In this document: positions 49,256 to 62,500 of the stretch, piece after piece
How the letters are laid out: the number at the start of each line of letters is the position of its first letter
Numbering within the stretch: position 1 is the stretch's first letter
Origin: Cenococcum geophilum
Taxonomy: Eukaryota
Assembly: GCA_050273025.1 (NCBI GenBank)
Contig: CP158636.1
Span: 10,726,001-10,790,000, forward strand
DNA: 64,000 bases
Reading direction: 5' to 3'
Position numbers and translations under genes: made by a program
The notes under the pieces: model-generated
What the model saw: the letters and a program-made list of their open reading frames with translations, nothing else
What the model was told of the DNA's origin: nothing
The model's database searches: none

Positions 49256-50386
49256 TTTCTCTGATTAGGATTTGGCAGACGGAAGTGCTTAAGGATAGCG
49301 TCCACAGGGCGAGACAAGATAATTTATTTGTTTCGGATGTGGGATGTACAGATTGATAATCTGCTCAGCCAAAGATGGCATAGCCACCATACGCTGCTAT
49401 CCGCAGTTTTGCGTCGTCAGGCTGGGGCGATGGACAAGGCTGTATTACTAACTTCGGAAAGGTTAGATGCATATGCGGAGGAAGTATCTTCCAATTTTTG
49501 AACTACTCGGTCGTGAAATAACTTCGACTAATTAGATTTGACAAAGATATTTCAGCGTTTGGATGGGTAGTCTCACAGCTAAAAGAAGGCCAGACTTTTC
49601 GGAGTTGAAATTCAGCTCCTCAAAAGATTTGCCAAGTTGTTTGGAGGCAAAGCTTGTGCGCCACACACCTGTAAAGGGCTAAAACGGATCAGAAGTTCAG
49701 CCTCGTAGCTCGCGGCAATGACCCAGTGGCCGAGAGGGCAGGTTCGGTCGGGCAGTGCCCAGACCCTACCAATCTTAACAAGATGCCTTAATATTTAATG
49801 CAGATGACATGAGAGGGATCTAATCAGATGCAGTTCCTTCCGCCTGGATGCCTGACGAGGAATATGTACAGGAAACCTATAGGGAAGAATTTCAAGGCTT
49901 TAGGGGTCTGGAACTTGGAGTAAAGCCGAACCACAATTTAGTAAAGGGGCCAGAAGCGTAGTGAGCTTAATGGAGATGATAGGATGTGTTAACTTGACAA
50001 TACATGCTAGTTCACCGTACCATCTCCCGGATGCGTACATATCGAAAAGGTGAGAACTTCCCTTGAGGTATAATCCGTTCAGTCATTGCCATGCCATGCG
50101 CATTTTGAACGAGCATTCAGAAAGCTTCAGAAGGAGACGGGGGAACGTGGGACTGTCATTTGCGCATAGGTTCGGTTGGCTGACTGTTTTCGAGTCACCT
50201 AAGTTACTCATGAATGTATTGCACGAGTGACTAGCAAACGAACCAAAAATCTCAGCCCTAATCTCAATCACAGGAAATCATCTATGGTAAAGACGCATTG
50301 AGAACGAATCAAGCGAAGAGAGTATGGCGTTGCTGTTGGATGAAATTGCTTGTGTTGGTGTGCTTGCGCCGGTGAACTTTTATTAT

Positions 50387-50513
50387 CCCTTAACCCGTTG
50401 ATTTGGGTCCTACGGTTATCGATAAGGGACCGGCCAATCGGAGAACCCGGTTTAATGCAGGTGCCCAGTCAAATCCAGTAGCGAATTCTCTAAGGACCCC
50501 AACGGGTTAAGGG
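50387..50513. mobile_element. 127-bp inverted-repeat element, candidate piggyBac-type MITE
   Basis: CCCTTAACCCGTTG(ATTT)GGGTCCT ... AGGACCCCAACGGGTTAAGGG, flanked by TTAT and ATAG. Confidence 0.55.
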
Positions 50514-51085
50514 ATAGCCTCGGATTACGGGGCGTGCGGGGTTCCTCCAACCACACTGCGCACAAACCCCAGAGCTTTTCATGGACTCTAAATCCACTAA
50601 TGTCGAACCCTGTCCATCCAAGGCGGTAGCTGCGGTTGTCGCAACGATCCTGCCATGGAGATTTTCAGGGCGGCAGGTCATGGCATGACCCCATTCGCTT
50701 CTGTGCAGTAATGCTGATGAGAGCTGGCCATACAAATGACGTGCCCGCCTCCTTTCTGGACTGGTTCCTTGGACCAAGTGTGCAGCCGCATCGTTACGTT
50801 GTGGCTGAGTAAAGAACGCCTTGCGGCGGCATCCTCCACATCCTGCAGCCTGGAACTGCGATAAGAACGAGATGTCTTCTCCAGCCTAAGGCTGCTCAAT
50901 AGCAGCCTTTGGTAAGTCTCAAACCAGCTGCAAGTCTATGGTTCGGGGCAGCAAATTCGAACTATGGTATGTGGCTTTCGGTCGTTGGCGCTTGCTGCCA
51001 TGGTCGACATCAAGCCCTTTTTTTTGTTGGCAAATGGTGACAGGACCGCTTCGTGAACCTATCGCTAACATTCTTTGCTTCGTAG

Positions 51086-54000
51086 GATACCCTTGCGTCT
51101 TCCTTGCCTCCACGAACAGAGAGCTCAGGGCAGACTCTGGTGGATGACGACGTCCTGAGAAAACCTTCAGTTCTCTCTCCACCCTTACCTCTACACGAAC
51201 AGAGCCAAGTTCTACCGTTTACGCTCACTCTACAAGAAGAAAAGAGTAACCCAGGTCAATTCCAGCTTGTTGTAAACATAAATGCGAACAATGGGGGTAA
51301 TAACTCGAGTGGAGGTAATACTGGGCCGTCCAAGAAGCTGTATACGAACCTTCAGGCTCTCCCCGGCTTAGGCTACGACGTTTCGTCGCTTTATCGCACG
51401 CGGGAGTCCAGCCCTCCGACAAGTCCACAACAAGAGCGCCATGGATGGTCAGACCTGGATGCAATACCTCCAGACTTCCTAAAGAAAGTGGTGCCGGATT
51501 GGGGAGTGTCGCTCGAAAAGACTAACTCCGTCATGTCCACTCAATCCAATAGGCTCTCGGACATTAAAGCGAGGATCAAAAAGAGCGGGAAAGGATTCGT
51601 TGTGAGGCTGCTCAAAGGTGCAAATCCAGAGACAAATGAGGTTGCAGAAGTCCACCTAGCCCATCACTCTTCGGAGAACCCTCCAGCATACCATGAGCTT
51701 GATTCTACACCTCGAGCGGAGCTTGACGCGGTTGAGGCAAGCTGTATGACCCCTCAAATCCATATCACCCAAGACGGAAATTTTAATGGTCCTCCGGGAG
51801 CTGGTTCAATTTTTGAAATAGGTTCATCCGGAGAAACCGGCATACAGAGACCCCAGCCAGCGCCGCCACCAGTTCCATCTCAAGCACCAACGCCGACTCC
51901 AACGCTGGCACCACATTCTGCAGTTTCTAGATGGCTAGTACGGTCGTCCCGGGATACGGAGTTGAGTCATCGAGTCGGCGATGAGTGGCTCAGCGACGCA
52001 GAGACTTTAACTCAAGATGTTCAACCATTTGGGGATCCTTGGGAAGATGCTGAAGATGACCAAACCGATGCAGAACCTTTTTCAACGGTCAGCTCTAACA
52101 TTCCAACCCGGAGAGCTTCAGTGACAAGTGTAATACCTACCCCGACAAGGGGCTTGTCTGTTGTAGGCCCTGTTCGGCGTGTGCCTCGAAGTGAATATGC
52201 CGGTGCTGGAGGTTCTAACACGAAGGTCTCTTGCCAGGCTCTTAACCGGTCGCATGCTAAGAAATCTGTCAAGCGTAAATCTCCTCGAAATCTGAGTTTT
52301 ACTTCCAGCACCGATGTTGCTTTTAAAAATGGGGAAGGCTCCTCAATTAATGCTCAGCCAAATACCGCAAGCGAACAATCTCATCCGCATAAGCCTTGTG
52401 ATGAGCCGATCTCAAAGGATTCAAATACGTGGCACCATCAGGTACGAAACACGCATGGGGACGAAAGAGCTGGTGTCGCAAGACATTCGCCCCTGGAAAC
52501 CGTTGTGCAATCTCGCACGGGCAAGAAACGGTTAAAATTACGAACTAAGGATGTTCCGCGAAGCCATTCGGGACCAACATCACCATTGGCGCGGCAGAGC
52601 AGAGGATCGCCATCTGCTGTTCCCAAAGAAGACTTTTCACCACTCCGGGAGAGCTCGCGTGAGAATTCCAACAAAACTCTCCAACTCCGGCCTGAGGTCG
52701 ACGAGGCGCAGAAACTTCGCTCCGCACTTGAAAAGGTCCTACATCCGGATGATCTTAATGTCTCACCTAACAACGATGTCTCCGTCGATGATGATGCAGT
52801 GGGAGATGTTCCTCTCCCTCCTTGGTTTGAGATTGGACAGACCTACAATCGTTCGAAGCGTCCATTAGCGTCTTTCGTATGGCTCGCCTGTTCAGCCATA
52901 TGCACCAAGCTGTCCGAAGGGCTTGCTCTTCTACAGGTAAAATATGGTAGTGAACCTCCCGTTCCATCAGATCATGTTCGAGTTAGATGGACCTGTGTAT
53001 GTTTCCGGTGATGATGGGTAAATTCAAAGAAGTTGAGCTAACTCGATCTTTTAGTCTTGTGGAGAACAGCTATATGACGACTTCGTAGAAAGACGTCCAG
53101 GAGCTGCTCGACTACTCGAAGCCTATCTTAGCCGTCCCCAAGTACATACCCCCAGCAGCCCTAGCAGAAGTAGCCCTAGCTCCACGCTCTCTAGTGTATT
53201 CAGTTCCTCCAGCACAGCATCGACATTAGCGACGCCTCAATCTACTTTTAACCCGGGCAGTTCCTCGTCTTGGGGCCAAGGCGATTCATCGAAATACAGC
53301 CCGACACGTTTACGAAATAAAAACCCTTTTAGTGTTCGTATTGACTCCTATCCGGAGCCTCAATGGCTGCTCACTTGCGCAAATGAAGGCAGGTACACGC
53401 CTAAGATTGTTCATCTTGATGTCAATATGGCAAGAATTAGATCCGATAAAGACTTAGCAATGGCACTGAGAGAACACTACAATCAGGTAAATAGGCGATG
53501 GTTCAGAATCCTTAAACTTCGGGGACTTACGACCATCGACTTCGTTCAGGTAAGAAATGAGGATCATAATACCTGCCTTTCTTATTTCATAATCTGTCTA
53601 TCGCTAGTCCGATTCGGCGAGGGCCTGTCAAGTCGTGAGCCCTAGAACCACTTGTCTTTGATACTGCAAATAATCGCTGTCAGCTTCAGTACGAGTAATA
53701 GCTAATAATCCATCTATAGTTCGAGGTTCACCGCAACCGGTTTGCGGACATTCGGAAGTGCCCGGATATGCCTTTACCAAAATCCGGCTACGACTTCGAA
53801 CCGGTGGATTTAGTTCCGCCTGTAGGGAGTCAGTACCTTCTCCATCTCTTCAAACACCCTGAAGATTATGACGGTGAACTTGTCACTTATTTACGCGCAC
53901 CCAAGCGTCGCTCTCGGCTTGAGTTTGGTGTTGGGTGGGGCATCAACCTGGTTGAAGGCTTCCTTGCCGATCGCGTCTGGACGCTTGTAATCGGCTTTTT

Positions 54001-54139
54001 TGTTCTGGGGAGTATCATATTTGCTGCCGTGTGGGCTTGCAAGAGAAATGGTGATGTCCAGGGGGCTTTCGCGGTTTCCGGATGGATAATCACCCTGGCC
54101 GCACTGGCGGTGGGCTGGGCACAAGCTTGCTTGGAATGA
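51086..54139 (+). CDS. Hypothetical protein with a long disordered N-terminal region and a fungal C-terminal domain with two TM helices; exons about 51086-52995, 53055-53549, 53720-54139; first exon unresolved
   Basis: 635-codon open frame, introns GTATGT..TAG and GTAAGA..TAG joining VRVRWTC|SCGEQLYDDF and IDFVQ|FEVHRN, two hydrophobic C-terminal segments; acceptor CTAAC..TAG at 51085. Confidence 0.72.
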
Positions 54140-54904
54140 ACAATCCGATTGACTCTTAGTAAAAAGGTATCCCGAGCAAATCATGCTCCGCCACTTACCC
54201 ACGCCCTCCATGCGCTTGAGAACTCGGAGCATTATGGTCCTTTAGCGGTGTCTTCGGAGTGGCACAGTGATCGGCCCGGCACCACTCCAGTCCCAGTAAT
54301 ATATAAAGGTATAGTAATCTCAGCAATTGGACCGACTTATTGATCACATTTAAGGACGTGTGAAAGATACATATCGAATCAGTTACCACAATCACAGTTG
54401 CTTTCACGCCCAAAACATATGAGCAAGACTGGGATTATGCGTAAAGGGAACTCTGGCACACTCGCGCTCGAAGCAAGTCTTCTAGAGCGATAGATCTGCT
54501 GAAATGCCTCAAGGCATACCAGGGGACTGGCCGAAAGAGCCGGCTTTTTTACCATGAGAATACGCCACGCCTCTGATGGAACAAAGGATATCTAATCCCT
54601 AAGGAACCTCGGGGAGCCTGGCAATATACCCCAGGGAATAAACAAAGTGGCAGTTTTCTGTATTTAGACATCTCTTATAATGGAGGATTTGTATCGGTGG
54701 GGTTATCTCTCCATTGCGCTGCTTGTCGAACATAATACGTTGCACGCTAGCAAAGAGTAAAGGTTACCAAATCAGAACTAAGATGAATTTCTATATGTAA
54801 TCGTTCTTGAGAAGGCTTCATTATCCAACACTTTATCCATTATAAGACATTCAAGCAACCCAACGTGACATTTATTTATTCCACTCGCCCTCCTTACACC
54901 CAAC

Positions 54905-55867
54905 CTACCCCAAACCCACGATTGTAGTCGAATCCTTAGCAAATGAAGTACCAATTGGCGCTTGGCCGGTATCAAGGGGCCAGACCTGTGCTTCTCCAAC
55001 CGCGATAACGACAACCTTTTTAGCAGCATTTTTAAAGTGCGAGTGCTGCCGGACAGACTCGTCTCCCATCAAACCGACCCAAGGATCATGAATGATAAGC
55101 TCATCCAAGTTGCAGTCATTCCCTAAGGATATTAGCAGAGTACCCCATCCACCACTAGCGAGGGTAAGTTCCATCAAAGTCAAACTTGTCAGTGTAGAGG
55201 ATTGCCGGCGGATAAATTCCACCAAGTCTTGTTCTCCTGCGCGAAATTGGCGCAACACCAAGTGAGTGAGGCTCGGAAAACCGATTGATTTGAGACCGTT
55301 AAACCACTCTGGGTCTGCAGTATGACGAACATTGCCGAAGAATCCGAGGCGAGGAGACGCGGAGTGTTCCAGCAAAGCTGGAAAACTAAGATCAAGCCTT
55401 TGAAGATTATGCGCGTGCTTGAAGAAGCCTGGTATCCAGTCCTCCCAGCCGTCAGGTCTTGTAATCGTAGATGCGGTACCTCTGGCTTTGTAAATCCAAG
55501 TAGGCTCGTTTAGGGATAGTGCGATGTGCTCCAGACTCGGAAGAGCAGCTTGGAGCAACTCCTGGGGTATGTCTAGAGCTTGCGCATCGATTTTGCCACC
55601 CTCGGAGCCTAGTTCTTTAAGTAAAATTTTAGAATCAACAACAGCAGATATTACACCGGCTACTGCTCCTTGGTGGGCATACAGGCTGTACATGTCTTTT
55701 ACCTTCTTTTGTGCTTCGTCAAGGATCTTTTGCTCGGCACAGCCAGGCCAGCGAGGACGGGGGATGGCCTTGGACAAGATGGGATCATCCGTTGAAGGTG
55801 GTGAGCAGATTGAGATTTTCTGCAAATGCTGGAATTTCGCGAAGGTACGGGAGAGCAACAGCGCCAT
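54905..55867 (-). CDS. Leucine-rich repeat (F-box/RNI-like) protein fragment, N-terminus apparently missing
   Basis: LxxLxL repeats (LQKISI, LEHIALSL, LQRLDLSF, LTHLVLRQF, LTSLTLMEL, LDELIIHD); starts abruptly after an unrelated pseudogene. Confidence 0.55.
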   Translation of the reverse strand: MALLLSRTFAKFQHLQKISICSPPSTDDPILSKAIPRPRWPGCAEQKILDEAQKKVKDMYSLYAHQGAVAGVISAVVDSKILLKELGSEGGKIDAQALDIPQELLQAALPSLEHIALSLNEPTWIYKARGTASTITRPDGWEDWIPGFFKHAHNLQRLDLSFPALLEHSASPRLGFFGNVRHTADPEWFNGLKSIGFPSLTHLVLRQFRAGEQDLVEFIRRQSSTLTSLTLMELTLASGGWGTLLISLGNDCNLDELIIHDPWVGLMGDESVRQHSHFKNAAKKVVVIAVGEAQVWPLDTGQAPIGTSFAKDSTTIVGLG

Positions 55868-56661
55868 GCGAATTATTGAAAGCAACTACGTTGGCAATTC
55901 GTTGAGGATTAGATCGTTAACAGCTTGAGAGTAAGCGACGCCGTCAGTGCGCTGCAAGCCACTGCCTCCGCCCCAGAACAGATTTAGATCCGGTGCAAGG
56001 ATCATAACGCCCACGAGGTTGGCTTGAACTGCTTGATTTGGAAAATCGAAGAATGGTTGGCCTCCATCACCGTGTAGCAATACATTCAGTCCCATTGCGC
56101 CGGTCGTGTTGGGATCGGCTGTAGCGCCAGTAACGCCCGAGGTGGTGGTGAACTGATCTGCAGAGGCGCTGACTTTAAATCTGAGGTTAAGGCCACTATA
56201 AATATATATTAGCATGATGGGTGTAGGTCGAGTATTATAGAGTAATATATATGTCGGCTGAGCAACTCTGAAGCTTGACGCCGCTCCTATTCGCTGCTTT
56301 GGGGTGTAGTGTTGGACTGCGAATCTTATGGATGGCTCTTTTCTATGCTTTTGAACGCTAATGAATAAATTGTGCATGATATAACTCGAGCTGGGGAATT
56401 TTCGCTGGGATTGAGTCCTCAGGGTAGAAGGCGATAAGATGCGGAGGATCGTGCTTTACAGTCTCTGTCTGATCAAGAATCGTGGGTCTATTTGTAGCGA
56501 TTGAAATGCCTCCTGGAATCTGCGCTGCGCAGTTGCTGCGCAGTTGCCTGAGTCGTTTCACCTGTGGTGGCACTAGTTTTGCGGCGCGGAATTGCTTCCG
56601 CTAAATCGCCCCAAAGACTCAATCCAAATAGAAAAACCGTGGTAAGAGAATAGAATAACAT
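55868..56661 (-). pseudogene. Truncated, frameshifted secreted protein of a conserved fungal family (LHGDGG motif, alpha/beta-hydrolase-like)
   Basis: Signal-like MLFYSLTTVFLFGLSLW.., frameshift at the GCAACTGCGCA tandem copy near 56525-56547, exon GLNLRFKVSA..GLNVLLHGDGGQPFFDFPNQ..LFWGGGSG, then stop/frameshift at 55886. Confidence 0.6.
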
Positions 56662-57537
56662 GCTTAAGAAAGTGACCAGCACCTAGGAAAAGAATTCGAG
56701 CAGCGCACCCTTAGGAAAGAAAATTAATTGAGAGGGAGTGAGGGAAAAGATACGCACTTACCATTGTCGAATTCAGAGATCAAACGTGCATCTACGCAGT
56801 CCCAAACTGCCAAGACTATCAGATAATGTGGGCCCCAATTTATATCTCTCATACGGGTCTAAACGTGAGAGTGTAGGATGGCTGATTGGATGCGCTGGTT
56901 TCACGAGAGGTTGATGGAGCAAGCAATGTCTAAGATGAAGTTCAGTGGAAGCCCAGTTCCGGTGGGCTTGGCAATCTTAGCGTCTCCCTAGAGCTTTTGT
57001 GAGTTGACTCTCCAACTCTCCTACACCTTCATACTGCCTCTCGCTTTCACATCGATATCCAGGATAGCCTTAAGCGCCCGAGAAGCTACTGTAAAACAGG
57101 TGGACTATTACTCCCCTCCCAAGCAACAGGCGGCAATTCCTCAAATTTTCGTTTTAGATCCTAGGCAATGTTGGCCACGTCCGTATTTCACGCTTAGGTA
57201 GAATGTTATGGAATCAATGCTCATCTAAGATTATAATCACCGACTTAAGCGCTCCAAAGCGGTGTGACTTTCCCATATCCATCTTTGTGTTTGCTCAGCT
57301 CAAGCGTCCCTCTTCCGAGGAGAAAGCTGCAACATGACTACCAAATGACTATGTCCAAGCCCTTAAAGCGGCAATTTATATCCATGGAATGGCACACTGA
57401 GTTGAGTAGTGAAGATTGCATGCCTGCACATAAGGACCTTGGAAGATTGAGTATAGAGGCTTACAAGTACGTGGATGAGGTGATGCATAGATTAAATTCC
57501 TTTTGAGATACAAGCCCTGAGTGACCCGCAATAAGTA

Positions 57538-59332
57538 ACGTAACCGAGCACCTTGTGCACGGCCCCACCTTGTGCACACCAAAATCAAAATATTCAAAAT
57601 ATTCAAAATATCATAACTCTACAACCATGGATCCAATTGACGCCGCTCTTGCTGCTTTGAGCTTGCAATCGAAGCCTAATTACACCAAAACTGCTGAGGA
57701 GTATGGTGTAGAGCGATCTACCCTCTCGCGCCGCCATTGTAATATTACGGGCTCAAAGGCAGATGGTTACGAGAACCAATCTTTCCTTACCAAACAACAG
57801 TCTCAAGTGCTCGTAACTTATATTAATAAGCTTATAGAGTAAGGCCTACCTCCTATAATTGCTATGTTACGAAGTTTTGCCTAAGAGATTGCAGGAAGAC
57901 CACTAGGAACTTAGTGGGCTTCGCGCTGGATTCGAAAGCAGGGCATCTCTCTAAAGAGCCACTACCTTGTCCCTATAGATAATGCACGCAAACGGGCTGA
58001 ATCGGGCTTCTATTTTGCCTTATCGCCTATAGGCTGGATAAACAATGATCTTGGTTACGCTTGGCTAGATACTATCTTTAATAGAGAGATAAAGGTAAAG
58101 GCCCGTAATGGAAGAGACTGGAGGCTTCTTATCCTTAATGGGCACGGCTCTCACGTGAATATAAGGTTCCTTAATTACTGTAAGAAGCACCGAATACTTA
58201 TGGCAGTATATCCACCTCATTCAACTCATAAGCTTCAGCCTTTAGACATCTGTCTCTTCTCACCGCTTGCGACGCATTATAGCCAAGAATTAGATTAGTT
58301 TTTGCACAAGAGCCAAGGGCTCTGCTCTCTTACCAAGCGAGATTTCTTTTGGCTATTCTGGGTAGCTTTTGGAAAGGCTTTTACTACATCCAACGTTAAG
58401 AGTGGGTGGAAAAGTACGGGCCTCTACCCTTTTGAGCCCAGTGTGATTTTGGATACGCTCCGTACTAAAAAGGATAAGAGGCCTTCTTCAAGTGAGTCTC
58501 TACATTCGCATCTTACAGCAGACGATTGGCGGTAAGTTCGGAAGCTCCTCCGAGACACGATTACCGATGTATACGACAAGCGCTCTCAGCTCTTGACTGA
58601 TACCGTCATGAATCTTATAACCGAAAATAAGCTATTACAATATCGCGTTAATGGGCTTACCGAAGCTCTACATAGTAAAAAGAAGAAGCGCCGTTGGGGT
58701 AAGCCTTTATTTACCCAGCTTGCTCTTCTAGAGCAAGGTAAGGCTACCTTTTATAGCCCTGGGAAGATTCGGCAAGTTTGAGAGCTTCAAGCTGAGCAAG
58801 AGCAGGCTAAACACCAAGAACAGGCTCTTAAAGCTGAGGAGAAGCTTCAACGGCAAGCCCAAAAGGAAGAGAAGAGGCGTTTAATTGAGCAGCGAAAGCA
58901 GCAGCGGGCACAAAATAAGATGCAGCGAGAGGCAGAGGCAGCGGCTCTACGGCTTCAGAAACAGAAAGCCAAGGAGGCTCGTGAGGCTGAGCGCCAACTT
59001 AAGATTGAAGCCAAGGAGCTTCAAAGATTAAAGAAGGCTCGAACCAAACGTAGAGAGGTGGTAGTAGATGAGGATATTGATGAGATATTGGATGCGGACG
59101 AGAGCCTACCCCTACCAAGGGCTCCAAGGCCTCAACGCCAACGCCAAGCCCCAGCTCATCTAAGGGACTATATATTAGAGCCAATTTAAATCTTCTAATC
59201 AAGCTCTATTCAACGCCAAAATTTGGTTCAATTTGATGCAGTATTGCGATTTGTAGAGCCTCAAGTTTGGTGGTGCATTTGGCCAAGAAATCGTGCACGA
59301 GCCGGTCGCGTGCACAAGCCGCTCGGTTACGT
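57538..59332 (+). mobile_element. Pogo/Fot1 (Tc1/mariner) transposon with internally deleted, lightly RIP-mutated DDE transposase (57627-59189)
   Basis: TIRs ACGTAACCGAGC..TTGTGCAC / GTGCACAA..GCTCGGTTACGT, TA TSD. HTH TAEEYGVERSTLSRR, RLLILNGHGSH, PPHSTHKLQPLDI; the first catalytic (NMDE) region is missing near 58020. Confidence 0.92.
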
Positions 59333-59588
59333 TAAGCGGGATTGAGCGTTTCATTGGGCGGTAATTTTTTGAACATTTCGCACATGTGTGCACCGCCCCA
59401 TTTTACTCCTCACCCCGCAATGTTTGCCCAATCTTCTCCAGCAAGCACCATCGCTCTTCCCTCCCTTCAGCCTGCTTTGCACTCCAATACATCGGCCTTT
59501 GTGACAAACCACCCGAGCAAACCCATGAATCCCTCCCTACTATCTTATCGACGTCGCTTTCCGCACCTCAGCTTACCTTCGGAATGCG

Positions 59589-62500
59589 ATGGAGGTTCTT
59601 GCTGCCGTCGGACTTGCCGGAAATATCGTTCAATTTATAGACTTTAGCGGCAAACTCCTAGCGAAATCAGCCCAGCTCTATCGATCCGGGGAATGCGCGC
59701 TAGCTGAGAATATCGATTTCGAGACGGCGATGAACGACCTGGCGCTCTTGAATAAGAAGCTCAAAGATGGTGCTACTGGTACTGGAGATAAGGCGCTTGA
59801 GAGCCTTTGTCTATCGTGTAATACCGTGGCAGATGAGCTGCTAGCAGCGTTGAACAAGCTCAAGATTAAAGGCAAGCATCAGAGGTGGGAGAGTATACGG
59901 AAGGCTATCAAGAGCGTTCGGAGTAAGGAGGATATTGAGCAGCTAGAGCGGCGGCTATCAACTTTTAGGGAGGAGATTAACTTGCGCATAGTTGTTAAAC
60001 TCAGGTATGCCCGTTTTACAGCTTGCGACTGGCAATCCTAAAAAGTAATTTACAGGGAGCAAGTTTCTCAGTCGAATCTAGAGCAATTAGGTTATCTCGG
60101 GAAGCTTGATTCGGCTACAATGAGAATCTTAGACGCTATTGCTCAGCAGCAGGACATTTTTACTGTAGTCGAGGATATCCAGCTCACGCTACGGACTGTG
60201 TGGCGACGGCAGGAGCAAAGAATTAGTCTTGCTGAGCAGGATCTGTGCCTCTCCAAATTACCAGCCGCTCCTCAAGCGGCCTTTAACTCCTTCGACAGAC
60301 GGCACGACCCAATTTGCCTCCCCGAAACCCGTGTCGATCTCATTCGAGACATAATCACATGGGCTGACGGGCTGGACGAGAGGTGCATCTTCTGGCTGAA
60401 TGGCTTGGCTGGCACGGGTAAGTCGACTATCGCTCGAACGATTGCCCAGGCTTGCCAAGGCAAAAACTGTCTAGGAGCAAGTTTCTTTTTCTCTAGAGGT
60501 GGTGGAGACACTAGCCACGCTGGCAAGTTCTTTGTGAGTATTGCTCGGCAGCTAGCAAACATGTCTCCATCTCTCAGGCAGTATATCTGCGAGGCTGTTG
60601 CAGAGCACAGTGATATATCAGATCGGTCTCTCCGCGACCAGTGGTGCCAGCTTATACTTCGACCACTGTCACAGAGTAACGACAACTCTCCCCAGCCACC
60701 GCTTGTTCTTGTAGTTGATGCTCTAGATGAATGCGACGACGAGAAAGACATCCGGACAATCATCCAACTTTTAGCGGAAGCTCGATCGCTGACAAGAGTC
60801 CGCCTGCGCATCTTTATGACAAGCAGGCCTGAAATTCCAATCCGACACGGCGTCTACCAAATCCCGGAAGCGGGGCATCAGGACTTTGTACTTCACAACA
60901 TATCGCCAGCGGTTGTGGACCATGACATATCTCTCTTCCTAGAACACAATTTTAGAACAATCGGGGCAGAGCGAGCCTTTTCTGCTGACTGGCCTGGCGA
61001 TCTAGTAATTCGGCGTTTGGTTCGGAACGCTTGCGGTCTGTTCATATGGGCGGCAACGGCCTGCCGCTTCGTTTCCCAGGGTAAACAGTTTGCTGCAAGA
61101 CGATTATCAATAATACTAAAGGAAGAGGCGTCAAGCACAGCACCGGAAAAGACGCTCAACGAAATTTACACCACTGTCCTTGGCAATTCGATCAGCCAGG
61201 ACTACGATGATCAAGAAAAGAAAGAGGTGCATAAGAATCTGAAGAGAATTCTAGGAAGTATAGTCGTGCTGCTTTCACCACTTTCCGCTGCCGCTCTAGC
61301 CACATTACTTAATATCCCAAGAGGTGACATTGACCAAACATTGGAGGACCTCCATGCTATTCTAGATATACCACAGGAACACGGTTGCCCGATCCGCCTG
61401 CATCATCCGTCATTTCGCGACTTCCTTCTGGACGGGAAAAGGTGCAATGACCCGAACCTTCGGGTGGATGAGAAGCAGGCACACAAGTCTTTAGCAGAAT
61501 ACTGTATCGAGCTTTTGTCAGCCACTCTCAAGCGCGACATCTGTGACATACGGGCTCCAGGCACTCTCACGACTGCTATTGACAGCGGTAGAGTTCAGCA
61601 ACGTCTCCCTCCAGAAGTTCAATACGCATGTATATACTGGGTCCAGCATCTTCAAAGAAGTGGTTCTCAACTCTATGACGACGACCAAGTACATCGGTTT
61701 CTACGGGAGCACTTACTCCACTGGCTTGAGGCCCTTAGCTGGATAGGAAAGACTTCAGAAGGGATTCTTGCGATACTGTCCTTAGAGGCTCAAATTCCAG
61801 TAAAGTCTTCTTTAGGGCATAGGCGATCCTAACTAATCTATACCTAGGCCGATAAAAGCCCCAATCTATACGCGTTTGTCCATGATGCGAAACGATTTGT
61901 CCTATATAATCGATCGGTAATTGAACAGGCACCCCTCCAGATATATTGCTCAGCCCTTATCTTCACCCCGGAGAAGAGTATCGTTCGGAGACGATTCAAG
62001 AAGTGTATCCCTACTTGGATCCAAATAAAGTCGAAAGTGCAAGTAAATTGGAGCGCGGCGCTACAGACGCTCGAGGGCCATTCGAGTGCGGTCGCGTCAG
62101 TAGCCTTCTCGCCGGACGGCAAGCTGGTGGCGTCAGGCTCGCACGACGAGACGGTCAGGCTCTGGGACGCCGTTACGGGAGCGGTGCTGCAGACGCTCGA
62201 GGGCCATTCGAGGGGGGTCGCGTCAGTAGCCTTCTCGCCGGACGGCAAGCTGGTGGCGTCAGGCTCGCGCGACGGGACGGTCAGGCTCTGGGACGCCGAC
62301 ACGGGAGCGGCGCTGCAGACGCTCGAGGGCCATTCGAATTGGGTCACGTCAGTAGCCTTCTCGCCGGACGGCAAGCTGGTGGCGTCAGGCTCGGACGACG
62401 AGACGGTCAGGCTCTGGGACGCCGACACGAGAGCGGCGCTGCAGACACTCGAGGGCCATTCGAATTGGGTCACGTCAGTAGCCTTCTCGCCGGACGGCAA

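Noticed and set aside
59342..59647. Amyloid signalling motif or upstream ORF for the NLR
   Set aside because: No N/Q/G-rich HRAM, PP or sigma-like motif seen; the short ORFs have no protein-like features
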